Shown here in pieces: positions 1 to 11,961 of a stretch of 64,000 nt of DNA (position 1 is the stretch's first letter; each line of letters starts with the position of its first letter). A model generated the notes under the pieces. It was not told the origin of the DNA, made no database searches, and saw nothing but the letters and a program-made list of their open reading frames with translations. The stretch comes from Centroscyllium fabricii (lineage: Eukaryota), in assembly GCA_051313645.2 (NCBI GenBank), contig JBNRSN020000008.1, forward strand, positions 244,590,001 through 244,654,000, in the 5' to 3' direction. A program made the translations under genes and the position numbers.

Positions 1-447
1 GTCGGACGTGATGTAGGCGGGCACTCCGAATCGGGCATCCCACGTGGCAGTGAAGGCTCTGGTGATGTCCGCTGTTGTGGTGGAGGCCAGTGGTATTGCC
101 TCGGGCCAGCAAGTGGTGCGGTCCACGATAGTGAGCAAGTGGGTGTGGCCCTGTGCAGGTGGCAGTGGTCCCTCAATATCCACGTGGCTGTGGTCGATCC
201 TTCATGTGGGGACGTAGATCTGTCCGAGGGGTGCTTTTGTGTGCTGGTGCAACTTGGCCCATGGGCAGGCCGTGCAGGAGTTGGCCCAAGTACGCACATC
301 TTACCTAAGTCCACGCCAGACGAGGTGGATGGCTACCAATTTGATGGATGTGCGGGCGCTGGGGTGGGAGAAGTTGTGGAGTGTGTTGAATACACGCCTG
401 CGCCAGGATGCTGGGACGAAGGGGCGGGGTTGCGGCAGGGTAACGTT
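1..447 (-). pseudogene. Degenerate Gypsy-type integrase fragment (HHCC zinc finger plus start of the rve core), running off the left edge
   Basis: Manual minus-strand translation: PRPFVPASWRRRVFNTLHNFSHPSARTSIKLV..W..LR*DVRTWANSCTAC..KLHQHTKAPL..*RIDHSHVDIEGPLPPAQGHTHLLTIVDRTTCWPEAIPL..ARFGVPAYITSD, with two in-frame stops. Abuts the satellite at ~447. Confidence 0.9.
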
Positions 448-3374
448 GAGGTTCCAATGTCAGTTTCCCAGTGTGTAGGTGTGAGGGTTCAATGCCAGTT
501 TTCCCAGTGTGTAGGGGTGAGGGTCCAATGCCAGTTTCCCAGTGTGCTGGGGTGTGGGTAAAATGCCAGTTTCCCAAGTGTGTAGGGGTGAGGGTACAAT
601 CCCAGTTTCCCAGTGTGTAGGGGTGAGAGTCCAATGCTAGTTTCCCCAGTGTGTAGGGGTGAGAGTCCAATGCTAGTTTCTCCAGAGTGTAGGGGCGAGG
701 GTCCAATGCCTGTTTCCCAGTGTGTAGGGGTGAGGGTCCAATGTTACCATTCCCCAGTGTGTAGGTGTCAGGGGGCAATGACATTTTCCCCAATGTGTAG
801 GGGAGAGGGTACAATGCCAGTTTCCCCAGTGTGCTGGGGAGAGGGTACAATGCCAGTTTCCCCAGTGTGTAGGGGTGATGGTCCAATGCCAGTTTTCTCA
901 GTGTGTAGGGGTGAGGGTACAATGCCAGTTTCCCAGTGTGTATGGGTGTGGGTCCAATGCCAGTTTCGCACTGAGTAGGTGAAAGTTTCCAATGTCAGCT
1001 TTCCCGTGTGTAGGGGTGAGTTTCCAATGCCAGTTTCCCAGTGTGTAGTGGTGAGTGTCCAATGATAGTTTTCCAGCGTGTAATGGTGATCGTCTAATGC
1101 CAGTTTCCCAGTGTGTAGGGGTGGGGGTCCAATGCTACCATTCCCCAGTGTGTAGGGGTCAGGGTAAAATGCCATTTTCCCAGTGTGTATGGGTGAGGGT
1201 CCAATGCCAGTTTCGCACTGAGTAGGTGAAAGTTTCCAATGTCAGCTTCCCAGTGTGTATGGTTGAGGGTCCAATGCCAGTGTGTAGGGGTGAGGATAAA
1301 ATGCCAGTTTCCCAGTGTGTAGGGGTGAGTGTCCAGTGCTAGTTTCCCAGCTTGTAATGGTGATTGTCTAATGCCAGTTTCCCAGTGTGTAGGGGTGGGG
1401 GTCCAATGAATGCTTCCCAGTCTGTAGTGGTCAGAGCCCAATGCCAGTTTTCCAGTGTGTAGGGGTGATGATCTAATGCCAGATTCCCAGTGTGTAGGTG
1501 TGAATGTCCAATGCCAGTTTCCCAGTGTGTAGGGGTGACGGTCCAATGCCACTATTCCCAGTGTGTAGTGGTGAGGGTCCAACGCCAGTTCCCCAGTGTG
1601 CAGGGGTGAGGTTCCAATGCCAGTTCCCCAGAGTGTAGGGGTGAGGGTCAAGTGTCAGTTTCCACAGTGTATCGGGGTGAGATTCCAATGCCAGTTTCCC
1701 AGTGTGTGGGGGTGGGGGACCAATGCCAGTTTCCCAGTGTATAGGGGTGGGGGTCCAATGCCAGTTTCCCAGTGTATAGGTGTGCGATTCCAATGCCAGT
1801 TTCCACAGTGTGTAGGGGTGAGTTTCCAATATCAGTTTTCAAAGTGTGTCGGGTAAGGGTCCAATGCCAGCTTCCCAGTATGTAGGGGTGAGGGACCAAT
1901 GCCAGCTTCCCAGTGTGTAGGGGTGAGAGTCCAATGCCAGTTTCCCAGTGTGTAGGGGTGAGGGTCCAATGCCAATTTCCCAGTGTGTAGGGGTGAGGTT
2001 CCAATGCCAGTTTCCCAGTGTGTAGGGGTGAGGTTCCAATGCCAGTTTCCCAGTGTGTAGGGGTGAGGTTCCAATGCCAGTTTCCCAGTGTGTAGGGGTG
2101 AGAGTCCAATGCCAGTTTCCCAGTGTGTAGGGGTGAGGGTCCAATGCCAGTTTCCCCAGTGTGTAGTTGTGAGGTTCCAATGCCAGTTTCCCCATTGTTT
2201 AGGGGTGAGGTTCCAATGCCAGTTTCCCCAGTGTGTAGGGGTGAGGGTCCAATGCCAGTTTCCCCAGTGTGTATGGGTGAGGGTCCAATGCCAGTTTCCC
2301 CAGTGTGTTGGGGTGCTCGTCCAATACCAGTTTCCCAGTGTGTAGGGTTGGGGGTCCAATGCCAGTTTCCCCAGTGTGCAGGGCTGACGGTCCAATACCA
2401 GTGTTCCAGTAAGTAGGGATGTGGGTCTATTGCCAGTTTTCACAGTGTGTGCGGGTGAGAGTCCAATGCCAGTTTTCCAGTGATCAGGTGAGAGTTTCCA
2501 ATCCCAGTTTCCCCAGTGTGTGGGGGTGAAGGTCCAACAACAGTTTCCCCAGTCTATAGACGTGAGGGGCCAAAGCCAGTTTCCCAGTGTGTAGGGGTGA
2601 AGGGCCATTACCACTATCCCAATGTGTAGGGGTGAGGGTCCAATGCCAGTTTCCCGGTGTGTAGGTGTGAGGGTTCAATGCCAGTTTCCCCAGTGTGCAG
2701 GGGTGAGCGTCCAATGCCAGTTTCCCACTGTTTAGGGGTGAGGGTCCAATGCCAGTTTCCCAGTGTGTAGGGGTGAGGTTCCAATGGCAGTTTCCAGTGT
2801 GTCGGGATGAGGGACCAATGCCAGTTTCCCAGTGTGTAGGGGTGAGTGTCCAATGCCAGTTTCCCAGTGTGTAGGGGTGAGGATCCAATGCCAGTGTTCC
2901 CAGTGTGTAGGTGTGAGGGGCCAATGCCAGTTTTCCCAGATTGTTGGGGTGGGGGTCCAATACCAGTTTCCGTGTGTGTAGCGGTGAGGGGCCTTTGCCA
3001 CTATCCCAATGTGTAGGGGTGGGGGTCCAATGCCAGTTTCTCAGTTTGTAGGGGTGGAGGGGGGGTTCCCATGCCATTTTCCCAGTGTGTAGGGGGTGAG
3101 GTTCCAATGCCAGTTCCCTGAGTGTGTAGGGGTGAGGGTCAAATGCCAGTTTCCCAGTGTGTAGGGGTGTGGGTCCAATGCCAGTTTCCCAGTGTGTAGG
3201 GGGTGAGTGTCCAATGCCAGTTCCCTGAGTGTGTTGGGGTGAGGGTCAAATGCCAGTTTCCCAGTGTGTAGGTGTGGGGGTCCAATGCCAGTTTCCCCAG
3301 TGTGTAGCATTGAGGGTCCAATGCCAGTTTCACAGTGTGTAGGGGTGAGGGTCCAATGACAGTTTCCCCAGAGT

Positions 3375-4359
3375 TGTCACAGGGTGCCTGTCCCTTTAAG
3401 ATATCAAAACAGTTTGGTTGTGTGCTCCACACCTGTTTTGAGGACTGGTTTCCCTGTTAGTTCTATTATCTTATCAATTATCTAGTTCACTTGCCTGTGT
3501 GTCCCTGTTCTCGTTGCCTGCAGCTTATTGGCTAAACACCAAATGATCTCTATGCCGGTTTGGCTCATAAGCTGGAGGTCTCTATGAGGCAGGTGCGGGA
3601 TCATTAGCTACTTTCATTGGATTGGACTGACTTTCTTCATACTGCTGGAGGAGTTGGTTTCTGTGCTGAGCTGCTTGTGAGGCAATGGGGTTTGGAGCTC
3701 ATATCACTCAGCCTTGACATTGCACTCTGCTATTCTGCAGCCCAGGCATGGACATTCATCTGTCAAGTAAGGGCGTTCCCCTGCTAGTGGATCAGGTATA
3801 CTCTTCCTCTGAAGACTCCGTGGGAGTGAGTCTCGACCGCAGGGCGGACTCGGAAGAGATTCAGAATTCACTCCTTGGACATTTGGTCAATATCAACCGA
3901 ACTCAGGTTTGGACGTTGCTGTAGGGTATGCGAGGAGTCCCAAGGATTCTGGATGGTATTCTCTTCCTGAGAAGACTCAGTTGGAGTGAGTCTCAACCGC
4001 AGGGCGGACTCGGAAGAGATCCAGTATTGCACCCACCTGGATTCAGGATTTGGACATTTATTCCTTTGGTCAATGATGCGCTTGGCTGCGTAACATTCCT
4101 CTACTCTATTCCACACAACTTTGGAAAGTATTGTACCAGGTCCAAATGGAACTTGATTTCTAATTTTATCTTATTATTTTGTAACTGTATGAAGCTTGTG
4201 CCAGTCTTCAGCAAAGACTTGATTAGATGTTTAATAGAATTGTGTATGTGTGAAAGCAATTTATGAGGGTTTTGTTATATATATATATATTAAAGGAGTT
4301 TTGCTTTGGAAAGACGTTTCAGTGTCTCTGCATTTGGGCCCCACCACCATTCCGTTACA
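3375..4359 (+). mobile_element. Solo LTR (985 bp), chromovirus-like Gypsy family, copy 1
   Basis: TGTCA...TTACA termini; 5-bp TSD agagt (3370-3374, 4360-4364); terminal motif tgcatttgggcc...cgttaca shared with the LTRs at 7870 and 37752. Confidence 0.92.
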
Positions 4360-5750
4360 AGAGTGTAGCGTTGAGGGTCCAATGCCAGTTTCCCAGTGTG
4401 TAGGGGGTGAGGGTCCAATGCCAGTTTCCCAGTGTGTAGGGGTGAGGGTCCAATGCCAGTTTCCCAGTGTGTATGGGTGAGGGTGCAATGCCAGTTTCCC
4501 AGTGTGTATGGGTGAGGGTCCAATGCCAGTTTCCCAGTGTGTAGCGTTGAGGGTCCAATGCCAGTTTCCCAGTGTGTAGTGGTGAGGGTCCAATGCCAGT
4601 TTCCCAGTGTGTATGGGTGAGGGTCCAATGCCAGTTTCCCAGTGTGTAGCGTTGAGGGTCCAATGCCAGTTTCCCCAGTGTGCAGGGGTGAGTGTCCAAT
4701 GCCAGTTTCCCCAGTGTGTAGCATTGAGGGTCCAATGCCAGTTTCCCCAGTGTGTAGCATTGAGGGTCCAATGCCAGTTTCCCCAGTGTGTAGCATTGAG
4801 GGTTCAATGCCAGTTTCCCCAGTGTGTAGCATTGTGGGTCCAATGCAGGTTTCCCAGAGTGCAGGGGTGAGGGTCCAATGCCAGTTTCCCCAGTCTGTAG
4901 GGGTGAGGGTCCAATGCCACTTTCCCAGTGCGTAGGTGTGAGGGTCCAATGCAAGTTTCACAGTTTGTAGGGGTGAGGGTCCAATGCCAGTTTCCCAGTG
5001 TATCGGGGAGAGTGTCCAAAGCCAGTTTCCCCAGTGTAAAGGGGTGGATGTCCAATGTCAGGTTCCCAGTGTGTCGTGGTGAGTGACCAATGTCAGTTTC
5101 CCAGTGTGTAGGGGTGAGGTTCCAATGCCAGTTTCCCAGTGTGTAGGGGTGAGGTTCCAATGCCAGTTTCCCAGTGTGTAGGGGTGAGGTTCCAATGCCA
5201 GTTTCCCAGTGTGTAGGGGTGAGAGTCCAATGTCAGTTTCCCAGTGTGTAGGGGTGAGGATCCAATGCCAGTGTTCCCAGTGTGTAGGTGTGAGGGGCCA
5301 ATGCCAGTTTTCCCAGATTGTTGGGGTGGGGGTCCAATACCAGTTTCCGTGTGTGTAGCGGTAAGGGGCCTTTGCCACTATCCCAATGTGTAGGGGTGGG
5401 GGTCCAATGCCAGTTTCTCAGTTTGTAGGGGTGGAGGGGGGGTTCCCATGCCAGTTTCCCAGTGTGTAGGGGGTGAGGTTCCAATGCCAGTTCCCTGAGT
5501 GTGTATGGGTGAGGGTCAAATGCCAGTTTCCCAGTGTGTAGGGGTGTGGGTCCAATGCCAGTTTCCCAGTGTGTAGGGGTGAGGGTCCAATGCCAGTTCC
5601 CTGAGTGTGTTGGGGTGAGGGTCAAATGCCAGTTTCCCAGTGTGTAGGTGTGGGGGTCCAATGCCAGTTTCCCCAGTGTGTAGCATTGAGGGTCCAATGC
5701 CAGTTTCACAGTGTGTTGGGGTGAGGGTCCAATGACAGTTTCCCCAGAGT

Positions 5751-6735
5751 TGTCACAGGGTGCCTGTCCCTTTAAGATATCAAAACAGTTTGGTTGTGTG
5801 CTCCACACCTGTTTTGAGGACTGGTTTCCCTGTTAGTTCTATTATCTTATCAATTATCTAGTTCACTTGCCTGTGTGTCCCTGTTCTCTTTGCCTGCAGC
5901 TTATTGGCTAAACACCAAATGATCTCTATGCCGGTTTGGCTCATAAGCTGGAGGTCTCTAAGAGGCAGGTGCGGGATCATTAGCTACATTCATTGGATTG
6001 GACTGACTTTCTTCATACTGCTGGAGGAGTTGGTTTCTGTGCTGAGCTGCTTGTGAGGCAATGGGGTTTGGAGCTCATATCACTCAGCCTTGACATTGCA
6101 CTCTGCTATTCTGCAGCCCAGGCGTGGACATTCATCTGTCAAGTAAGGGCGTTCCCCTGCTAGTGGATCAGGTATACTCTTCCTCTGAAGACTCCGTGGG
6201 AGTGAGTCTCGACCGCAGGGCGGATTCGGAAGAGATTCAGAATTCACTCCTTGGACATTTGGTCAATATCAACCGAACTCAGGTTTGGACGTTGCTGTAG
6301 GGTATGCGAGGAGTCCCAAGGATTCTGGATGGTATTCTCTTCCTGAGAAGACTCAGTTGGAGTGAGTCTCGACCGCAGGGCGGACTCCGAAGAGATCCAG
6401 TATTGCACCCACCTGGATTCAGGATTTGGACATTTATTCCTTTGGTCAATGATGCGCTTGGCTGCGTAGCATTCCTCTACTCTATTCTACACAACTTTGG
6501 AAAGTATTGTACCAGTTCCAAATGGAACTTGATTTCTAATTTTATCTTATTATTTTGTAACTGTATGAAGCTTGTGCCAGTCTTCAGCAAAGACTTGATT
6601 AGATGTTTAATAGAATTGTGTATGTGTGAATGCAATTTATGAGGGTTTTGTTATATATATATATATTAAAGGAGTTTCGCTTTGGAAAGACGTTTCAGTG
6701 TCTCTGCATTTGGGCACCACCACCATTCCGTTACA
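5751..6735 (+). mobile_element. Solo LTR (985 bp), copy 2, duplicated together with its satellite flanks
   Basis: Near-identical to 3375-4359 at an offset of 2376 bp; same agagt TSD on both sides; flanking satellite variants also repeated. Confidence 0.92.
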
Positions 6736-7869
6736 AGAGTGTAGCGTTGAGGGTCCAATGCCAGTTTCCCAGTGTGTAGGGGGTGAGGGTCCAATGCCAG
6801 TTTCCCAGTGTGTAGGGGTGGGGGTCCAATGCCAGTTTCCCAGTGTGTATGGGTGAGGGTGCAATGCCAGTTTCCCAGTGTGTATGGGTGAGGGTCCAAT
6901 GCCAGTTTCCCAGTGTGTAGCGTTGAGGGTCCAATGCCAGTTTCCCAGTGTGTAGTGGTGAGGGTCCAATGCCAGTTTCCCAGTGTGTATGGGTGAGGGT
7001 CCAATGCCAGTTTCCCAGTGTGTAGCGTTGAGGGTCCAATGCCAGTTTCCCCAGTGTGCAGGGGTGAGTGTCCAATGCCAGTTTCCCCAGTGTGTAGCAT
7101 TGAGGGTCCAATGCCAGTTTCCCCAGTGTGTAGCATTGAGGGTCCAATGCCAGTTTCCCCAGTGTGTAGCATTGAGGGTTCAATGCCAGTTTCCCCAGTG
7201 GGTAGCATTGTGGGTCCAATGCAGGTTTCCCAGAGTGCAGGGGTGAGGGTCCAATGCCAGTTTCCCCAGTCTGTAGGGGTGAGGGTCCAATGCCACTTTC
7301 CCAGTGCGTTGGTGTGAGGGTCCAATGCAAGTTTCACAGTTTGTAGGGGTGAGGGTCCAATGCCAGTTTCCCAGTGTATCGGGGTGAGTGTCCAAAGCCA
7401 GTTTCCCCAGTGTAAAGGGGTGGATGTCCAATGTCAGGTTCCCAGTGTGTCGTGGTGAGTGTCCAATGTCAGTTTCCCAGTGTGTAGGGGTGAGGGTCCA
7501 ATGCCAGTTTCCCAGTGTGTAGGGGAGAGGGTCCAATGCCAGTTTCCCAGTGTGTAGAGGTGAGGGTCCAATGCCTGTTTCCCAGTGTGTAGTGGTGAGG
7601 GACCAATGCCAGTTTCCCAGTGTGTAGGGGGTGAGGTTCCAATGCCAGTTCTTTGAGTGTGTAGGGGTGAGGGTCAAATGCCAGTTTCCCAGTGTGTAGG
7701 GGTGTGGGTCCAATGCCAGTTTCCCAGTGTGTAGGGGTGAGGGTCCAATTCCAGTTCCCTGAGTGTGTTGGGGTGAGTGTCAAATGCCAGTTTCCCAGTG
7801 TGTAGGTGTGGGGGTCCAATGCCAGTTTCCCCAGTGTGTAGCATTGAGGGTCCAATGCCAGTTTCACAG

Positions 7870-10347
7870 TGTCACAGTTGGCATACCCCTTTAAGGTGCA
7901 TACCCCTTTAAGGTATCCATCTTTGTATCTTGGTTTTGTTCTTTAGTATTGTTAAATTGTACCTCAATTAGTTGTTCTCATTCCTGTGTGTTCTAGTTGT
8001 CAGTGCCTGCAGCTGGTTGGTTAACACCAAATTATCTGCTTGCCGGTTTGGCTTATAAGCTAGAGGTTTTGACCAGACTGTGGCTGGATCATTGAGAGCT
8101 CTTCATTCAAGCAAGGGAGCAAGTAACACGTGGCAGTTTCAGTGGAAGGCAGTGAGCTGTGGTTTTGGATTCCTTTCTCTGAAGACACTGGAAGTGAGAG
8201 TTCCTGTTGATCAAGACTCTGGAAGTGAGAGTTCCTGTTGATGAGTGGACACTGGAGGATTTCTATATTCCACTTCTGGACACTGTGCTTCATCACCTGT
8301 TTCAGGTTTGGACTATCCAATATTACTTCATGGATTTTGCTTACTTCATTCCAGCGGCAGTGAGGCCCTTTGAATATCCGGTTTGCTCTTGGTTGAGTTC
8401 TGGAGGTTCTGAGGATGACCACCTAAAGACCATAGATAGGGATACTCTAGGAAGAGTGTTCCAGAGGTCAGGACATTGTTGCAATCGTATTTCTTTCCAG
8501 CGGCAATGAGGCCCTTTGGATATCCGGTTTGCTCTTGGTTGTGTTCTGGAAGTTCTGAGGATGACCACCGAAAGACCATAGATAGGGATACTCTTAGTTG
8601 AGTGTTCCAGAGGTCAGGACATTGTTGTAATCATATTTCTTTACAGCGGCAATGAGGCCCTTTGGATATCCGGTTTGCTCTTGGTTGAGTTCTGGAAGTT
8701 CTGAGGATGACCACCGAAAGACCATAGATAGGGATACTCTAGGTTGAGTGTTCCGGAGGTCAGGACATTGTTGCATCATCTGCCTTCATTATTTGGACTT
8801 TTCACTACCTCTTATTATTAGGCCCTTTTTGAATTTTAGATACTCTATTATGTGTGTCTTGAGGGTTTTAATAATCTCTGTTAAGTTTGTGCCTGTCTTT
8901 AGTAAAGACTTGTGTTTCGATATGTATGTCTTTTTATAACATGTTTGAATATTAAAGGATTTAGGATCTAGACCGTTCTCTCAGTGTCATTGCATTTGGG
9001 CCCCGCACCCCGACCGTTACAGAAGGATCCAGCCAGATTAGGGGTCCAGCTGACACTGAAGCGTCTAGCTCTCCTTTTATTCCTTTTATACTTGGAGGAC
9101 GGTTGGTTCCTCTTCCGTACCCCTCCACCCACCTTAATTTTTGGTATTTGGGTACTTTTGGACGTCAGCAGTCGTCCTTTAAGGGGGGGGGGTTCTGTCA
9201 CAGTTGGCATACCCCTTTAAGGTGCATACCCCTTTAAGGTATCCATCTTTGTATCTTGGTTTTGTTCTTTAGTATTGTTAAATTGTACCTCAATTAGTTG
9301 TTCTGATTCCTGTGTGTTCTTGTTGTCAGTGCCTGCAGCTGGTTGGTTAACACCAAATTATCTGCTTGCCGGTTTGGCTTATAAGCTAGAGGTTTTGACC
9401 AGACTGTGGCTGGATCATTGAGAGCTCTTCATTCAAGCAAGGGAGCAAGTAACACGTGGCAGTTTCAGTGGAAGGCAGTGAGCTGTGGTTTTGGATTCCT
9501 TTCTCTGAAGACTCTGGAAGTGAGAGTTCCTGTTGATCAAGACTCTGGAAGTGAGAGTTCCTGTTGATGAGTGGACACTGGAGGATTTCTATATTCCACT
9601 TCTGGACACTGTGCTTCATCACCTGTTTCAGGTTTGGACTATCCAATATTACTTCATGGATTTTGCTTACTTCATTCCAGCGGCAGTGAGGCCCTTTGAA
9701 TATCCGGTTTGCTCTTGGTTGAGTTCTGGAGGTTCTGAGGATGACCACCTAAAGACCATAGATAGGGATACTCTAGGAAGAATGTTCCAGAGGTCAGGAC
9801 ATTGTTGCAATCATATTTCTTTCCAGCGGCAATGAGGCCCTTTGGATATCCGGTTTGCTCTTGGTTGAGTTCTGGAAGTTCTGAGGATGACCACCGAAAG
9901 ACCATAGATAGGGATACTCTTAGTTGAGTGTTCCAGAGGTCAGGACATTGTAGTAATCATATTTCTTTCCAGCGGCAATGAGGCCCTTTGGATATCCGGT
10001 TTGCTCTTGGTTGAGTTCTGGAAGTTCTGAGGATGACCACCGAAAGACCATAGATAGGGATACTCTAGGTTGAGTGTTCCGGAGGTCAGGACATTGTTGC
10101 ATCATCTGCCTTCATTATTTGGACTTTTCACTACCTCTTATTATTAGGCCCTTTTTGTATTTTAGATACTCTATTATGTGTGTCTTGAGGGTTTTAATAA
10201 TCTCTGTTAAGTTTGTGCCTGTCTTTAGTAAAGACTTGTGTTTCGATATGTATGTCTTTTTATAACATGTTTGAATATTAAAGGATTTAGGATCTAGACC
10301 GTTCTCTCAGTGTCATTGCATTTGGGCCCCGCACCCCGACCGTTACA
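7870..10347 (+). mobile_element. Non-autonomous two-LTR retroelement: LTRs 7870-9021 and 9196-10347 (1152 bp each), 174-bp non-coding internal region
   Basis: TG..CA LTRs with about 9 differences by eye; PPT aagggggggggg just before the 3' LTR; internal ends resemble those of the chromovirus at 37752. Only cag is visibly duplicated at the flanks; a 5-bp TSD is ambiguous because of tg/ca microhomology. Confidence 0.92.
8351..8775. repeat. About 3 x 146-bp tandem repeat inside the LTR (also at ~9677-10100 in the second LTR)
   Basis: The unit start [c/a]cagcggca recurs at 8351, 8497 and 8643. Confidence 0.9.
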
Positions 10348-11961
10348 CAGTGTGTAGGGGTGAGGGTCCAATGACAGTTTCGCCAGAGTGTAGCGTTGAG
10401 GGTCCAATGCCAGTTTCCCAGTGTGTAGGGGGTGAGGGTCCAATGCCAGTTTCCCAGTGTGTAGGGCTGAGGGTGCAATGCCAGTTTCCCAGTGTGTATG
10501 GGTGAGGGTCCAATGCCAGTTTCCCAGTGTGTAGCGTTGAGGGTCCAATGCCAGTTTCCCAGTGTGTATGGGTGAGGGTCCAATGCCAGTTTCCCAGTGT
10601 GTACCGTTGAGGGTCCAATGCCAGTTTCCCCAGTGTGCAGGGGTGAGTGTACAATGCCAGTTTCCCCAGTGTGTAGCATTGAGGGTCCAATGCCAATTTC
10701 CCCAGTGTGTAGCATTGAGGGTCCAATGCCAGTTTCCCCAGTGTGTAGCGTTGAGGGTCCAATGCCAGTTTCCCCAGTGTGTAGCATTGTGGGTCCAATG
10801 CAGGTTTCCCAGAGTGCAGGGGTGAGGGTCCAATGCCAGTTTCCCCAGTCTGTAGGGGTGAGGGTCCAATGCCACTTTCCCAGTGCGTAGGTGTGAGGGT
10901 CCAATGCAAGTTTCACAGTGTGTAGGGGTGAGGGTCCAATGCCAGTTTCCCAGTGTATCGGGGTCAGTGTCCAAAGCCAGTTTCCCCAGTGTAAAAGGGT
11001 GGATGTCCAATGTCAGGTTCCCAGTGTGTCGTGGTGAGTGTCCAATGTCAGTTTCCCAGTGTGTAGGGGTGAGGGTCCAATGCCAGTTTCCCAGTGTGTA
11101 GGGGAGAGGGTCCAATGCCAGTTTCCCAGTGTGTAGAGGTGAGGGTCCAATGCCTGTTTCCCAGTGTGTAGGGGTGAGGGACCAATGCCAGTTTCCCAGT
11201 GTGTAGTGGTGAGGGTCCAATCCCAGTTTCCCAGTGTGTAGTGGTGGGAGTCCAAAGCCAATTTCCCCAGTGTGTAGGGGTGAGGGTCCAATGCCAGTTT
11301 CCCAGTGTGTGGGGCTGAGGGTCCAATCCCAGTATCCCAGTGTTTAGGGGTGAGGTTCCAATGCCAGTTTTCCCAGTGTGTCGAAATGAGGGACCAATGC
11401 CAGTTTCCCAGTGTGTAGGGATGAGGGTTCAATCCCTGTTTCCCAGTGCATAGGGTTCAGTGTCCAATGCCAGCTTCCTAATGTGTAGGGGTGAGGGTCA
11501 AATGCCAGTTTCCCAGTGGGTCGGGGTGAGGGTCCAATGCCAGTTTCCCAGTGTGTCGGTGTGAGGGTCCAATGCCAGTTTCCCAGTGTGTATGGACAAA
11601 TTATTAATTAACACCTGAAGAAAAAACATTTTACTGAAAAATGTGTTGACAATCTTTGCGAGATCCCTCCATGGTATTAAAGGGTAAAAGATTAAAAAGG
11701 AAAAGGAAAAAACTTGCATCATGGAGCTGTTAACGCTTCCAAAACACTTTTTAAAAGGAAATTCTGTGCAAGTTGTGCGGATTCCCTCAGTGGCGATGTT
11801 GAACATTCCTTTAACAAATGTTAATGTAGCAAGATGTTATTGTAGGGACAATGTGCCTCCCGTGGCAGTTTCAGCAAATACTGTTTACATTGTCACAGCT
11901 ACCACTGATGCGAGCAGCCAGAATCTGCTCCAGCCCTTAGATCAATCGACTCTACAACATG

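Larger units (their letters stand above)
448..11595. repeat. 35/36-bp tandem satellite (consensus gtgtgtaggggtgagggtccaatgccagtttccca), interrupted by three LTR-derived blocks
   Basis: 35-bp period visible directly (cagtg at 1981, 2016, 2051); 36-bp variants carry an extra C. Explains all the HTGKLALDPHPYTLGNWHW-type ORFs. Confidence 0.98.

Noticed and set aside
3795-4020. Twice-repeated structured motif (ctcttcc..gactc..gagtc..ccgcagggcgg..ggaagag) with ctgaaga, a hammerhead candidate
   Set aside because: No GAAA box after the stem and the CUGAnGA box is not kept in the second copy; at most an LTR hairpin.
3375-6735. One LTR element with satellite as its internal region
   Set aside because: Each LTR has agagt on both sides, there is no PBS or PPT, and the flanking satellite is co-duplicated: a duplicated solo LTR.
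305-11432. Many ORFs with HTGK/HTGE motifs resembling C2H2 zinc-finger linkers
   Set aside because: No CxxC...HxxxH spacing; they are frame-cycling translations of a 35-mer that lacks stops on the minus strand.
448-11595. CRISPR-like array (35-36 bp periodicity)
   Set aside because: Monomers are directly adjacent with no unique spacers, no cas genes and a eukaryotic context; it is a satellite.
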